DNA from: Squalus acanthias
Lineage: Eukaryota
Length of the DNA stretch: 64,000 nt
NCBI GenBank assembly: GCA_030390025.1
Contig: CM059433.1
Span: forward strand, 32,924,001 to 32,988,000
Direction of reading: 5' to 3'
Made by a program: the position numbers and the translations under genes. Below the pieces are notes generated by a model, which ran no database searches, was not told the DNA's origin, and saw only the letters and a program-made list of their open reading frames with translations. Shown piece by piece: positions 29,001 to 45,800 of the stretch. Each line of letters opens with the position of its first letter. Position 1 is the stretch's first letter.

Positions 29001-32000
29001 AATCATATAATCAAACATAGAATCAATCACAGCATCAATCACATGATCAATCATAGAATCAATCACATGATCAATCACAGAATCAATCAGATGATCAATC
29101 ATTGAATCAATCACATGATCAAACATAGCATCAATTACTGGATCAATCATAGAAGCATTCACATGATCTATGATAGAATCAATTATTGGATAAATCTTAG
29201 AATCAATCTCATGATCTATCATAGAATGAATCACATGATCAATCACAGAATCAATCACAGGATCAATCATAGAATCCATCAGATGATCTATCATAGAATC
29301 AATCACATGATCAATCATAGAACAAACACAGGATCAATCAGATAATCAATCCCATGATCAATCATAGAATAAATCACATGATCAATCATAGAATCAATCA
29401 CATGATCGATCATAGAATCAGTCACATAATCTATCATAGAATCAAACACATGATCAAACATAGAATAAATTAGATGATCAATCATAGAATCAATCATAGA
29501 ATCAATCATAGAATCAATCACAAGATCAACCACAGAATCAGTCACATGATCAATCATAAAATCAATCACATGATCAATCATAGAATCAATCACATGATCT
29601 ACGTAGAATCAATCACATGATCAATGATAGAATCAGTCACATGATCTGTCACAGAATCAATCACAGGATCAATCAACAGAACAAACATAGAATTAATCAC
29701 ATGATCATTCACAGGACGTATCATAGGATCAATCACATGATCAATCACACAATCAGTCGTAGAATCAATCACATGATCAATCAGAGGAACATTCATAAAA
29801 TCGATCCTAGAATCAATCAAAGGATTAATTATATAATCAATCCCAGGATCAATCATGGAATCAATCACAGGATCAATCACAGGATCAATCATAGAATCAA
29901 TCACAGGTTCGTGCACAGAATCAATCACAGGATCAAGCATAGAATCATTCACAGGATCAATCATAGAATCAGTCATAGAATCAATAACATGATCAATCAT
30001 AGAATCAATCACATGATCAATCACAAGATCAATCATAGAATCAATCACATTATCAATCACAGGATCAATCATAGAATCATTCAGATGATCATTCACAGGA
30101 TCTATCATAGAATCGATCACATGATCAATCATCAGATCAATCATAGAATCAGTCACATGATCAATCACAGGATCTATCATAGAATCAATAAAATAATCAA
30201 TCATAAGATCGGTCATAGAATCAATCACAAGATCAATCATATAATCAACCACATGATCATGCACAGGATCAATCATACAATCAATCATACAATCAATCAC
30301 ATGATCAATCATAGAATCAATCACATGATCAATCACAGGATCACTCATAGAATCTATCCCAGTATCAATCATGGTATCAATCACATGGTCAATCACAGGA
30401 TCAATCAGAGAATCAATCACCTTATTAATCACAGGCAAATCATTGAATCATTCACATAATCAATCACAAGATCAATCATGGGACCAACATAGGATCAATC
30501 ATATCATCAATCTCATGATCAATCACAGGATCAATCATAGAATCGATCACATGACCAATCAGCAGGACAAACATAGAATTAATCACATGATCATTCACAT
30601 GACGTATCAAAGAATCAATCACATGATCAATCACACAATCAATCGTAGAATCAATCACATGATCAATCAGAGGAACATTCATAAAATCGATCATAGAATC
30701 AATCAAAGGATTAATTATATAATCAATCCCAGGATCAATCATGGAATCAATCACAGAATCAATCACAGGATCAAGCATAGAATCATTCACAGGATGAATC
30801 ATAGAATCAATCACATGATCAATCACAAGATCAATCATAGAATCAATCACATTATCAATCACAGGATCAATCATAGAATCATTCAGATGATCATTCACAG
30901 GATCTATCATAGAATCGATCACATGATCAATCAGCAGATCAATCATAGAATTAATCACATGATCATTCACAGGAAGTATCATAGGATCAATCACATGGTC
31001 AATCACACAATCAATCGTAGATTCAATCACATGATCAATCATAGAATCAATCCCAGGATCAATCATAGATTCAATCACATGATCTATCATAGAACCAATC
31101 ATTGTATCAATCATAGAATCAATCACATTATCAATCACAGGATCTATCATAGAATCAATAAAATAATCAATCATAAGATCAGTCATAGAATCAAGCCAAG
31201 ATCAAGCATAGAATCAATCACATGTCCAATCATATAATCAACCACATGATCAAGCACAGGACCAATCATAGAATCAATCATAGAATCAATCACAGGATCA
31301 ATCATAGCATCAATCACATGATCAATCATAGAATCAATCACATGATCAATCACAGGATCAATCATAGAATCAATCACATGATCTGTCATAGAATCAACCA
31401 CAGGATCAAGCATGGAATCAATCACAGGATCAAGCATAGAATCAATCACAGGATCAATCATAGAATCAATCATAGAATCAATCGCATGACCAATCATATA
31501 ATCAGCCACATGATCAAGCACAGGATCAATCATAGAATCAATCATAGAATCAATCATAGAATCAAACACAGGATCAATCATAGAATCAATCACATGATCA
31601 ATCATAGAATCAATCACATGATCAATCATAGAATCAATCACATGATCAATCACAGGATCAATCAGAGAATCAATCACATTATCAATCAGCAGATCAATCA
31701 TAGAATTAATCACATGATCATTCACAGGAAGTATCATAGGATCAATCACATGATCAATCACACAATCAATCGTAGAATCAATCACATGATCAATCATAGA
31801 ATCAATCCCAGGATCAATCATAGATTCAATCACATGATCTATCATAGAACCAATCATTGTATCAATCATAGAATCAATCACATTATCAATCACAGGATCT
31901 ATCATAGAATCAATAAAATAATCAATCATAAGATCAGTCATAGAATCAAGCCAAGATCAAGCATAGAATCAATCACATGTCCAATCATATAATCAACCAC

Positions 32001-34542
32001 ATGATCAAGCACAGGACCAATCATAGAATCAATCATACAATCAATCACAGGATCAATCATAGCATCAATCACATGATCAATCATAGAATCAATCACATGA
32101 TCAATCACAGGATCAATCATAGAATCAATCACATGATCTGTCATAGAATCAATCACAGGATCAAGCATGGAATCAATCACAGGATCAAGCATAGAATCAA
32201 TCACAGGATCAATCATAGAATCAATCATAGAATCAATCGCATGACCAATCATATAATCAGCCACATGATCAAGCACAGGATCAATCATAGAATCAATCAT
32301 AGAATCAATCATAGAATCAAACACAGGATCAATCATAGAATCAATCACATGATCAATCATAGAATCAATCACATGATCAATCACAGGATCAATCACAGGA
32401 TCAAGCATAGAATCAATCATAGAATCAATAACACGATCAATCATAGAATCAATCATATGATCTATCACAGGATCAAACATAGAATCAATCACATTATCAA
32501 TCATAGGATCAATCATAGAATCAGTCACATGCTCAATCACAGGATCTATCATAGAATCAATAAAATAATCAATCATAGAATCAATCACAAGATCAATCAT
32601 AGAATCAATCACATGACCAATCATATAATCAACCACATGATCATGCAAAGGATCAATCATAGAATCAATCATAGAATCAAACACAGGAGCAATCATAGAA
32701 TCAATCACATGGTCAATCACAGGATCAATCAGAGAATCAATCACATTATTAATCACAGGCAAATCATAGAATCATTCACATAATCTATCACAGGATCTAT
32801 CATAGAAACAATCACATAATCAATCACAAGATCAATCATGGGACCATCATAGGATCAATCATATAATCAATCTCATGATCAATCACAGGATCAAACATAG
32901 AATCGATCACATGATCAATCAGCAGATCAGTCATAGAATTAATCGCATGATCATTCACAGGAAGTATCATAGGATCAATCACATGTTCAATCACACAATC
33001 AATCGTAGAATCAATCACATGATCAATCATAGAATCTATCCCAGGATCAATCATAGATTCAATCACATGCTTTACCATAGAACCAATCATAGCGTCAATC
33101 ACAGAATCAATTATACAATAAATCAAAAATTCAGTCACAGGATCAATCATAGATTCAATCACATGATCAATCAGAGGAACAATCATAAAATCAATCATAG
33201 AATCAATCAAAGGATTAATTATATAATCAATCCCAGGATCAATCATGCAATGAATCACAGGATCAATCACAGGATCAATCATGGAATCAATCACAGGATC
33301 AAGCATAGAATCAATCACAGGATCAAGCATAGAATCAATCACAGGATCAAGCATAGAATCAATCACAGGATCAAGCATAGAATCAATCACAGGATCAATC
33401 ATAGAATCAATCATAGAATCAATAAAGTAATCAATCATAAGATCAGTCATAGAATCAATCACAAGATCAATCATAGAATCAGTCACATGACCAATTATAT
33501 AATCAACCACATGATCTAGCACAGGATTATAATCGAATCAATCATGGAATCAATCACAGCAACAATCATAGAATCAATCACATGATCAATCATATAATCA
33601 ATCACATGATCAATCACAGGATCAATCACAGAATCAATCACATGATCTGTCATAGAATCAGTCACAGGATCAATCACATGATCAATCATAGGCTCAAACA
33701 TAGAAGGAATCACATGATCAATCACAGGGTCGATCATAGAATCAATCACATGATCAATTACAGAATCAATCAGATGATCAATCATTTAATCAATCATATA
33801 ATCAAACATAGAATCAATCACAGCATCAATCACATGATCAATCATAGAATCAATCACATGATCAATCATAGAATCAATCACAGGCTCAAGCATAGAATCA
33901 ATCACATCATCAATCATAGAATCAATCACAGGCTCAAGCATAGAATCAATCACATCATCAATCATAGAATCAACCACATGATCAATCTTTGAATCAATCA
34001 TATAATCAATCACAAGATCAATCACAGAATCAATCACATGATCAATCATAAAATATATCACATGAACAATCATAGAATCAATTACATGACCAATCATAGA
34101 ATCAATCAGAGGATCAATCATAGAATCAATCACATGATCAATCGTAGAATCAATCACAGGATCAATGATAGAATCAGTCACATGAACTGACATAGAATCA
34201 TCACAGGATCAATCATAGAATCAATCACAGGATCAATCATAGAATCAGTCACATGAACTGACATAGAATCAATCACAGGATCAATCATAGAATCAATCAC
34301 ATGATCAATCATACAATTAATCACAAGATCAATCACAGAATCAATCACATGATCAATCATAGAATCAATGAGATGATCAATCATAGAATGAATCACAGGA
34401 TCAATCTGAGAACCAATCACCTGATCAGTCATAGAATCAATCACATGATCAATCAGAGAATCTATCACATGATCAATCGTAGAATCAAAAACATGATCAA
34501 TCATAGAATCAATCAAATGATTATCACAGGATCAATCACAGG

Positions 34543-36238
34543 ATCAATCATAGAATCAATCATAGAATCAATCACATGATCTGTCATAGAATCAACCACA
34601 GGATCAAGCATGGAATCAATCACAGGATCAAGCATAGAATCAATCACAGGATCAATCATAGAATCAATCATAGAATCAATCGCATGACCAATCATATAAT
34701 CAGCCACATGATCAAGCACAGGATCAATCATAGAATCAATCATAGAATCAATCATAGAATCAAACACAGGATCAATCATAGAATCAATCACATGATCAAT
34801 CATAGAATCAATCACATGATCAATCATAGAATCAATCACATGATCAATCACAGGATCAATCAGAGAATCAATCACATTATCAATCAGCAGATCAATCATA
34901 GAATTAATCACATGATCATTCACAGGAAGTATCATAGGATCAATCACATGATCAATCACACAATCAATCGTAGAATCAATCACATGATCAATCATAGAAT
35001 CAATCCCAGGATCAATCATAGATTCAATCACATGATCTATCATAGAACCAATCATTGTATCAATCATAGAATCAATCACATTATCAATCACAGGATCTAT
35101 CATAGAATCAATAAAATAATCAATCATAAGATCAGTCATAGAATCAAGCCAAGATCAAGCATAGAATCAATCACATGTCCAATCATATAATCAACCACAT
35201 GATCAAGCACAGGACCAATCATAGAATCAATCATACAATCAATCACAGGATCAATCATAGCATCAATCACATGATCAATCATAGAATCAATCACATGATC
35301 AATCACAGGATCAATCATAGAATCAATCACATGATCTGTCATAGAATCAATCACAGGATCAAGCATGGAATCAATCACAGGATCAAGCATAGAATCAATC
35401 ACAGGATCAATCATAGAATCAATCATAGAATCAATCGCATGACCAATCATATAATCAGCCACATGATCAAGCACAGGATCAATCATAGAATCAATCATAG
35501 AATCAATCATAGAATCAAACACAGGATCAATCATAGAATCAATCACATGATCAATCATAGAATCAATCACATGATCAATCACAGGATCAATCACAGGATC
35601 AAGCATAGAATCAATCATAGAATCAATAACACGATCAATCATAGAATCAATCATATGATCTATCACAGGATCAAACATAGAATCAATCACATTATCAATC
35701 ATAGGATCAATCATAGAATCAGTCACATGCTCAATCACAGGATCTATCATAGAATCAATAAAATAATCAATCATAGAATCAATCACAAGATCAATCATAG
35801 AATCAATCACATGACCAATCATATAATCAACCACATGATCATGCAAAGGATCAATCATAGAATCAATCATAGAATCAAACACAGGAGCAATCATAGAATC
35901 AATCACATGGTCAATCACAGGATCAATCAGAGAATCAATCACATTATTAATCACAGGCAAATCATAGAATCATTCACATAATCTATCACAGGATCTATCA
36001 TAGAAACAATCACATAATCAATCACAAGATCAATCATGGGACCATCATAGGATCAATCATATAATCAATCTCATGATCAATCACAGGATCAAACATAGAA
36101 TCGATCACATGATCAATCAGCAGATCAGTCATAGAATTAATCGCATGATCATTCACAGGAAGTATCATAGGATCAATCACATGTTCAATCACACAATCAA
36201 TCGTAGAATCAATCACATGATCAATCATAGAATCTATC
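34543..36238. repeat. ~1.7-kb copy of ~31345-33040 (offset 3198)
   Basis: Identical ORFs 31938..32762 = 35136..35960 and 31977..32783 = 35175..35981. The GCCAAGATCAAGC marker is shared. Confidence 0.9.
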
Positions 36239-39200
36239 ACAGGATCAATCACATAATGAGTCACATGATCTGACATAGATTCAATCAGAGCATCAGTCAT
36301 AGAATCAATCAGATGACCAAACATAGAATCAATCACATGATCAATCATGGAATCAATCACATGATCAATCATAGAATCTATCACATGCTCAATCATAGAA
36401 TCAATCACAGGCTCAAGCATAGAATCAGTCACATGATCAATCATACAATCAATCACAAGATCAATCACAGAATCAATCACTTGATCAATCATAGAATCAA
36501 TCACATGATCAATCATACAATTAATCACATGATCAATCATAGAAACAATCACATGATCAATCGTAGAATCAATCACAGGATCAATGATAGAATCAGTCAC
36601 ATGATCTGACATAGAATCAATCACAGGATCAATCATAGAATCAATCAGATGATCAATCATAGAATCAATCACATGATCAATCATAGAATCAATCACAGGA
36701 TCAATCATAGAATCAATCACATGATCAATCATAGAATCAATCACATGATCAATCAGAGAATCTATCACATGATCAATCGTAGAATCAAAAACATGATCAA
36801 TCATAGAATCAATCACATGATGATCACAGGATCAATCACAGGATCAATCAAAGAATCAATCATAGAATCAATCACATGATCATCACAGGATCAATCACGG
36901 GAACCATCAATGAAACAATCATAGAATCAATCACAGGATCAAGCAAGGATCAATAATAGAATCAGTAAGATGAACAATCACAGGATCAATCATAGAATAA
37001 ATCAAATGATCTATCATAGAATCAATCAAAGAATCAATAACATGATCTGTCACAGGATCACTCACAGGATCAATCACATGATCAACCACAGGATCATCAG
37101 AAAATCTAACAGAAAATAAATCACTGGAGCAATCATAAAATCAATCACATGATCAATCATAGATTCAATCACATGATAATTCATACAATCAATCATAGAA
37201 TCAAGCACATCATCGATCACATGATCAATCATAGAATCAGTCACATGTTCAATCATAGAATCTATCACAGGATCAATCACAGAATCATTCACATGATCTG
37301 ACATGCAATCAATCAGCGGATCAATCATAGAATCAATCAGGTGATCAATCATAGAATCAATCAAATGATCAATCATAGAATCAATCACATGATTAATCAT
37401 AGAATAAATGACATGATCAAGCATAGATTCAATCACATGATCAATCATAGAATCAATCACAGGATCAATCATAGAATCAATAACATGATCAATCATAGAA
37501 TCATTCACATGATTAATCATACAATCAGTCACATAATCAATCAGAGAATCAATCAGATGATCAATCATTGAATCAATCACATGATCAATGATATAATCAA
37601 TCACAGGATCAATCATAGAATCAATCACAGGATCAGTGATAGAATCAATCACAGGATCAATCATAGAATCATTCACATGATTAATCATAGAATCAATCAC
37701 ATAATCAATCATAGAATCAATCACATGATCAGTCATAGAATCATTCAGATGACCAATCATTGAATCAGTCAAATGAACAATCACAGGATCAATCATAGAA
37801 TAAATCAAATGATCTATCATAGAATCAATCATAGAATCAATAACATGATCTGTCACAGGATCACTCACAGTATCAATTATATGGCCACCAAAGGATCATC
37901 ATAAAATCTAAAAGAAAATTAATAACAGTAGCAATCATAGAATCATCCACATGATCAATCATAGAATCAATCACAGGATCAATAACATGATCAATCATAG
38001 AATCATTCACATGATCAATTATAGAATTAGTCACAGCATCAATCACAGAATGAGTCACATGATCTGACATAGAATCAATCAGAGGATCAATCATACAATC
38101 AATCAGATGATCAATCATAGAATCAATCACATGATCAATCTTTGAATCAATCATATAATCAATCACAAGATCAATCACAGAATCAATCACATGTTCAATC
38201 ATAGAATCAATCACATGATCAATCATAAAATATATCACATGATCAAACATATAATCAATTACATGATCAATCATAGAATCAATCACAGGATCAATCTTAG
38301 AATCAATCACAGGATCAATGATAGAATCAGTCACATGAACTGACATAGAATCAATCACAGGATCAATCATAGAATCAATCACATGATCAATCATACAATT
38401 AATCACAAGATCAATCACAGAATCAATCACATGATCTGACATGCAATCAATCAGGGGATCAATCATAGAATCAATCAGGTGATCAATCATAGAATCAATC
38501 AGATGATCAATCATAGAATCAATCACATGATCAATCATAGAATCAATCACAGGATCAATCAGAGAATCAATCACCTGATCAGTCATAGAATCAATCACAT
38601 GATCAATCAGAGAATCAATCACCTGATCAATCGTAGAATCAAAAACATGATCAATCATAGAATCAATCAAATTATTATCACAGAATCAATCACATGATCA
38701 ATCAGAGAATCAATCACCTGATCAGTCATAGAATCAATCACATGATCAATCAGAGAATCTATCACATGATCAATCGTAGAATCAAAAACATGATCAATCT
38801 TAGAATCAATCAAATTATTATCACAGGATCAATCACAGGATCAATCATAGAATCAATCATAGAATCAATCACATGATCATCACAGGATCAATCACAGGAA
38901 CCAGCAATGAAACAATCATAGAATCAATCACAGGATCAAGCAAGGATCAATCATAGAATCAGTAAGATGAACAATCACAGGATCAATCATAGAATAAATC
39001 AAATGATCTATCATAGAATCAATCATAGAATTAATAATATGATCTGTCACAGGCTCGCTCACAGGATCAATCACATGATCAACCACAGGATCATCATAAA
39101 ATATAACAGAATATAAATTACAGGTGCAATCACAGAATCAATCACATGATCAATCATAGAATCAATCACATGATAAATCATATAATCAATCACATGATTA

Positions 39201-39875
39201 ATCATAGAATCAATAACATGATCAATCATAGAATCATTCACATGATTAATCATACAATCAGTCACATAATCAATCAGAGAATCAATCAGATGATCAATCA
39301 TTGAATCAATCACATGATCAAAGATATAATCAATCACAGGAGCAATCATAGAATCAATCACAGGATCAGTCATAGAATCAATCACAGGATCAATCTTAGA
39401 ATCAATCACAGGATCAATGATAGAATCAGTCACATGAACTGACATAGAATCAATCACAGGATCAATCATAGAATCAATCACATGATCAATCATACAATTA
39501 ATCACAAGATCAATCACAGAATCAATCACATGATCTGACATGCAATCAATCAGGGGATCAATCATAGAATCAATCAGGTGATCAATCATAGAATCAATCA
39601 GATGATCAATCATAGAATCAATCACATGATCAATCATAGAATCAATCACAGGATCAATCAGAGAATCAATCACCTGATCAGTCATAGAATCAATCACATG
39701 ATCAATCAGAGAATCAATCACCTGATCAATCGTAGAATCAAAAACATGATCAATCATAGAATCAATCAAATTATTATCACAGAATCAATCACATGATCAA
39801 TGAGAGAATCAATCACCTGATCAGTCATAGAATCAATCACATGATCAATCAGAGAATCTATCACATGATCAATCG

Positions 39876-42800
39876 TAGAATCAATCACATGATAAATCAT
39901 ATAATCAATCACATGATTAATCATAGAATCAATAACATGATCAATCATAGAATCATTCACATGATTAATCATACAATCAGTCACATAATCAATCAGAGAA
40001 TCAATCAGATGATCAATCATTGAATCAATCACATGATCAAAGATATAATCAATCACAGGAGCAATCATAGAATCAATCACAGGATCAGTCATAGAATCAA
40101 TCACAGGATCAATCATAGAATCATTCACATGATTAATCATAGAATCAATCACACGATCAGTCATAGAATCAATCAGATGACCAATCATTGAATCAGTCAG
40201 ATGAACAATCACAGGATCAATCATAGAATAAATCAAATGATCTATCATAGAATCAATCATAGAATCAATAACATGTCCTGTCACAGGATCACTCACAGTA
40301 TCAATTATATGGTCAACCAAAGGATCATCGTAAAATCTAAAAGAAAATTAATAACAGTAGCAATCATAGAATCAGTCACATGATCAATCATAGAATTAGT
40401 CACAGCATCAACAACAGAATGAGTCACATGATCTAACATAGAATCAATCAGAGCATCAATCATACAATCAATCACATGATCAATCATCTAATCAATCACA
40501 TTATCAACCATAGAATCAATCACATAATCAATCACAGAAGCAAACACATGATCAAACATAGAATCAATCAGATGATCAATCATCGGAACAATTATAGAAT
40601 CAAGCAAAGGATCAATCACAGGAACAATCAAACAATTTTTCGCATGATCAAACATAGAATCAATCACAGAATCAATCACATCATCAATCATAGAATCAAT
40701 CACATGATCAATCATAGAATGAATCACATGATCAATCATAGAATCAATCACAGAATCAATCATAGAATCAATCAGATGATCTATCATAGAATCAATCACA
40801 TGATCAATCATAGAATCAAACACAGGATCAATCAGAGAATCAATCCCATGATCAATCATAGAATCAATCACATGATCAATCATAGAATCAATCACATGAT
40901 CGATCATAGAATGAGTCACGTGATCTATCAAGAATCAATCACATGATCAAACATAGAATCAATCACATGATCAATCACATGATCAATCATTGAATCAATC
41001 AAATATTCGAACACACGATCAATCATGGAATCAATCACATTATCAATCATAATATCAATCACATCATCGAGCACATGTTCAATCATAGAATCTATCACAG
41101 GATCAATCAGAGAATCAGTCAGATGATCTGACATGGAATCAATCAGGGGATCAATCATAGAATCAGTCAGATGATCAATCATAGAATCAATCAAATGATG
41201 AATCATAGAATCAATCACAAGATCAATCACAGAATCAATCACATGATCAATCATAGAATCAATCACATGATTAAACATAGAATAAATGACATGATCAAGC
41301 ATAGATTCAATCACATGATCAATCATAGAATCAAACACATGATCAATCATAGAATCATTCACATGATCGATCATAGAATCAGTCACGTGATCTATCATAG
41401 AATCAATCACATGATCAAACATAGAATCAATCACATGATCAATCATATAATCATTCACATGATTAATCATTGAATCAATCACATGATCAATCGTAGAATC
41501 AATCAGATGATCAATCATTGAATCAATCACATGATCAATCGTAGGATGAATTACAGGATCAATCATAGAATCATTCACCTGATCTATGATACAATTAAGT
41601 ATTGGATAAATCATAGAATCAATCACAGGATCAATCATGGAAACAGTCATTGAATAAATCATAGAATCAATCAGAGAAACAATCACAGGATGAATCACAG
41701 GATCAATCACAGGATGAATCATTGAATAGATCACATGATCAATCACATGATCAATCATGCACTCATTCACATGATCAATCATAGAATCCATCACATGATC
41801 AAACATAGAATCAATCACATGATCAATCATAGGAACAATTATAGAATTAAGCAAAGGATCAATCACAGGAACAATCAAACAATCAATCGCATGATCAGAC
41901 ATAGAATCAATCACATGATCAATCACATGATCAATCATAGAATCAATCACAAAATCAATCACAGAATCAATCACAGAATCAATCACATGATCAATCATAG
42001 AATCAATCACATGATCAATCATAAAATATATCACATGATCAAACATATAATCAATTACATGATCAATCATAGAATCAATCACAGGATCAATCTTAGAATC
42101 AATCACAGGATCAATGATAGAATCAGTCACATGAACTGACATAGAATCAATCACAGGATCAATCATAGAATCAATCACATGATCAATCATACAATTAATC
42201 ACAAGATCAATCACAGAATCAATCACATGATCTGACATGCAATCAATCAGGGGATCAATCATAGAATCAATCAGGTGATCAATCATAGAATCAATCAGAT
42301 GATCAATCATAGAATCAATCACATGATCAATCATAGAATCAATCACAGGATCAATCAGAGAATCAATCACCTGATCAGTCATAGAATCAATCACATGATC
42401 AATCAGAGAATCAATCACCTGATCAATCGTAGAATCAAAAACATGATCAATCATAGAATCAATCAAATTATTATCAGAGAATCAATCACATGATCAATCA
42501 GAGAATCAATCACCTGATCAGTCATAGAATCAATCACATGATCAATCAGAGAATCTATCACATGATCAATCGTAGAATCAAAAACATGATCAATCATAGA
42601 ATCAATCAAATTATTATCACAGGATCAATCACAGGATCAATCATAGAATCAATCATAGAATCAATCACATGATCATCACAGGATCAATCACAGGAACCAG
42701 CAATGAAACAATCATAGAATCAATCACAGGATCAAGCAAGGATCAATCATAGAATCAGTAAGATGAACAATCACAGGATCAATCATAGAATAAATCAAAT

Positions 42801-45800
42801 GATCTATCATAGAATCAATCATAGAATTAATAATATGATCTGTCACAGGCTCGCTCACAGGATCAATCACATGATCAACCACAGGATCATCATAAAATAT
42901 AACAGAATATAAATTACAGGTGCAATCACAGAATCAATCACATGATCAATCATAGAATCAATCACATGATAAATCATATAATCAATCACATGATTAATCA
43001 TAGAATCAATAACATGATCAATCATAGAATCATTCACATGATTAATCATACAATCAGTCACATAATCAATCAGAGAATCAATCAGATGATCAATCATTGA
43101 ATCAATCACATGATCAAAGATATAATCAATCACAGGAGCAATCATAGAATCAATCACAGGATCAGTCATAGAATCAATCACAGGATCAATCATAGAATCA
43201 TTCACATGATTAATCATAGAATCAATCACACGATCAGTCATAGAATCAATCAGATGACCAATCATTGAATCAGTCAGATGAACAATCACAGGATCAATCA
43301 TAGAATAAATCAAATGATCTATCATAGAATCAATCATAGAATCAATAACATGTCCTGTCACAGGATCACTCACAGTATCAATTATATGGTCAACCAAAGG
43401 ATCATCGTAAAATCTAAAAGAAAATTAATAACAGTAGCAATCATAGAATCAGTCACATGATCAATCATAGAATTAGTCACAGCATCAACAACAGAATGAG
43501 TCACATGATCTAACATAGAATCAATCAGAGCATCAATCATACAATCAATCACATGATCAATCATCTAATCAATCACATTATCAACCATAGAATCAATCAC
43601 ATAATCAATCACAGAAGCAAACACATGATCAAACATAGAATCAATCAGATGATCAATCATCGGAACAATTATAGAATCAAGCAAAGGATCAATCACAGGA
43701 ACAATCAAACAATTTTTCGCATGATCAAACATAGAATCAATCACAGAATCAATCACATCATCAATCATAGAATCAATCACATGATCAATCATAGAATGAA
43801 TCACATGATCAATCATAGAATCAATCACAGAATCAATCATAGAATCAATCAGATGATCTATCATAGAATCAATCACATGATCAATCATAGAATCAAACAC
43901 AGGATCAATCAGAGAATCAATCCCATGATCAATCATAGAATCAATCACATGATCAATCATAGAATCAATCACATGATCGATCATAGAATGAGTCACGTGA
44001 TCTATCAAGAATCAATCACATGATCAAACATAGAATCAATCACATGATCAATCACATGATCAATCATTGAATCAATCAAATATTCGAACACACGATCAAT
44101 CATGGAATCAATCACATTATCAATCATAATATCAATCACATCATCGAGCACATGTTCAATCATAGAATCTATCACAGGATCAATCAGAGAATCAGTCAGA
44201 TGATCTGACATGGAATCAATCAGGGGATCAATCATAGAATCAGTCAGATGATCAATCATAGAATCAATCAAATGATGAATCATAGAATCAATCACAAGAT
44301 CAATCACAGAATCAATCACATGATCAATCATAGAATCAATCACATGATTAAACATAGAATAAATGACATGATCAAGCATAGATTCAATCACATGATCAAT
44401 CATAGAATCAAACACATGATCAATCATAGAATCATTCACATGATCGATCATAGAATCAGTCACGTGATCTATCATAGAATCAATCACATGATCAAACATA
44501 GAATCAATCACATGATCAATCATATAATCATTCACATGATTAATCATTGAATCAATCACATGATCAATCGTAGAATCAATCAGATGATCAATCATTGAAT
44601 CAATCACATGATCAATCGTAGGATGAATTACAGGATCAATCATAGAATCATTCACCTGATCTATGATACAATTAAGTATTGGATAAATCATAGAATCAAT
44701 CACAGGATCAATCATGGAAACAGTCATTGAATAAATCATAGAATCAATCAGAGAAACAATCACAGGATGAATCACAGGATCAATCACAGGATGAATCATT
44801 GAATAGATCACATGATCAATCACATGATCAATCATGCACTCATTCACATGATCAATCATAGAATCCATCACATGATCAAACATAGAATCAATCACATGAT
44901 CAATCATAGGAACAATTATAGAATTAAGCAAAGGATCAATCACAGGAACAATCAAACAATCAATCGCATGATCAGACATAGAATCAATCACATGATCAAT
45001 CACATGATCAATCATAGAATCAATCACAAAATCAATCACAGAATCAATCACAGAATCAATCACATGATCAATCATAGAATCAATCACATGATCAATCATA
45101 AAATATATCACATGATCAAACATATAATCAATTACATGATCAATCATAGAATCAATCACAGGATCAATCTTAGAATCAATCACAGGATCAATGATAGAAT
45201 CAGTCACATGAACTGACATAGAATCAATCACAGGGTCAATCATAGAATCAATCACATGATCAATCATACAATTAATCACAAGATCAATCACAGAATCAAT
45301 CACATGATCTGACATGCAATCAATCAGGGGATCAATCATAGAATCAATCAGGTGATCAATCATAGAATCAATCAGATGATCAATCATAGAATCAATCACA
45401 TGATCAATCATAGAATCAATCACAGGATCAATCAGAGAATCAATCACCTGATCAGTCATAGAATCAATCACATGATCAATCAGAGAATCAATCACCTGAT
45501 CAATCGTAGAATCAAAAACATGATCAATCATAGAATCAATCAAATTATTATCAGAGAATCAATCACATGATCAATCAGAGAATCAATCACCTGATCAGTC
45601 ATAGAATCAATCACATGATCAATCAGAGAATCTATCACATGATCAATCGTAGAATCAAAAACATGATCAATCATAGAATCAATCAAATTATTATCACAGG
45701 ATCAATCACAGGATCAATCATAGAATCAATCATAGAATCAATCACATGATCATCACAGGATCAATCACAGGAACCAGCAATGAAACAATCATAGAATCAA

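Noticed and set aside
40915..40924. E-box CACGTG variants (also ~1831, ~9814 and in each HOR copy) as regulatory sites
   Set aside because: A single substitution from the CACATG consensus, multiplied passively by duplication. There is no promoter context.
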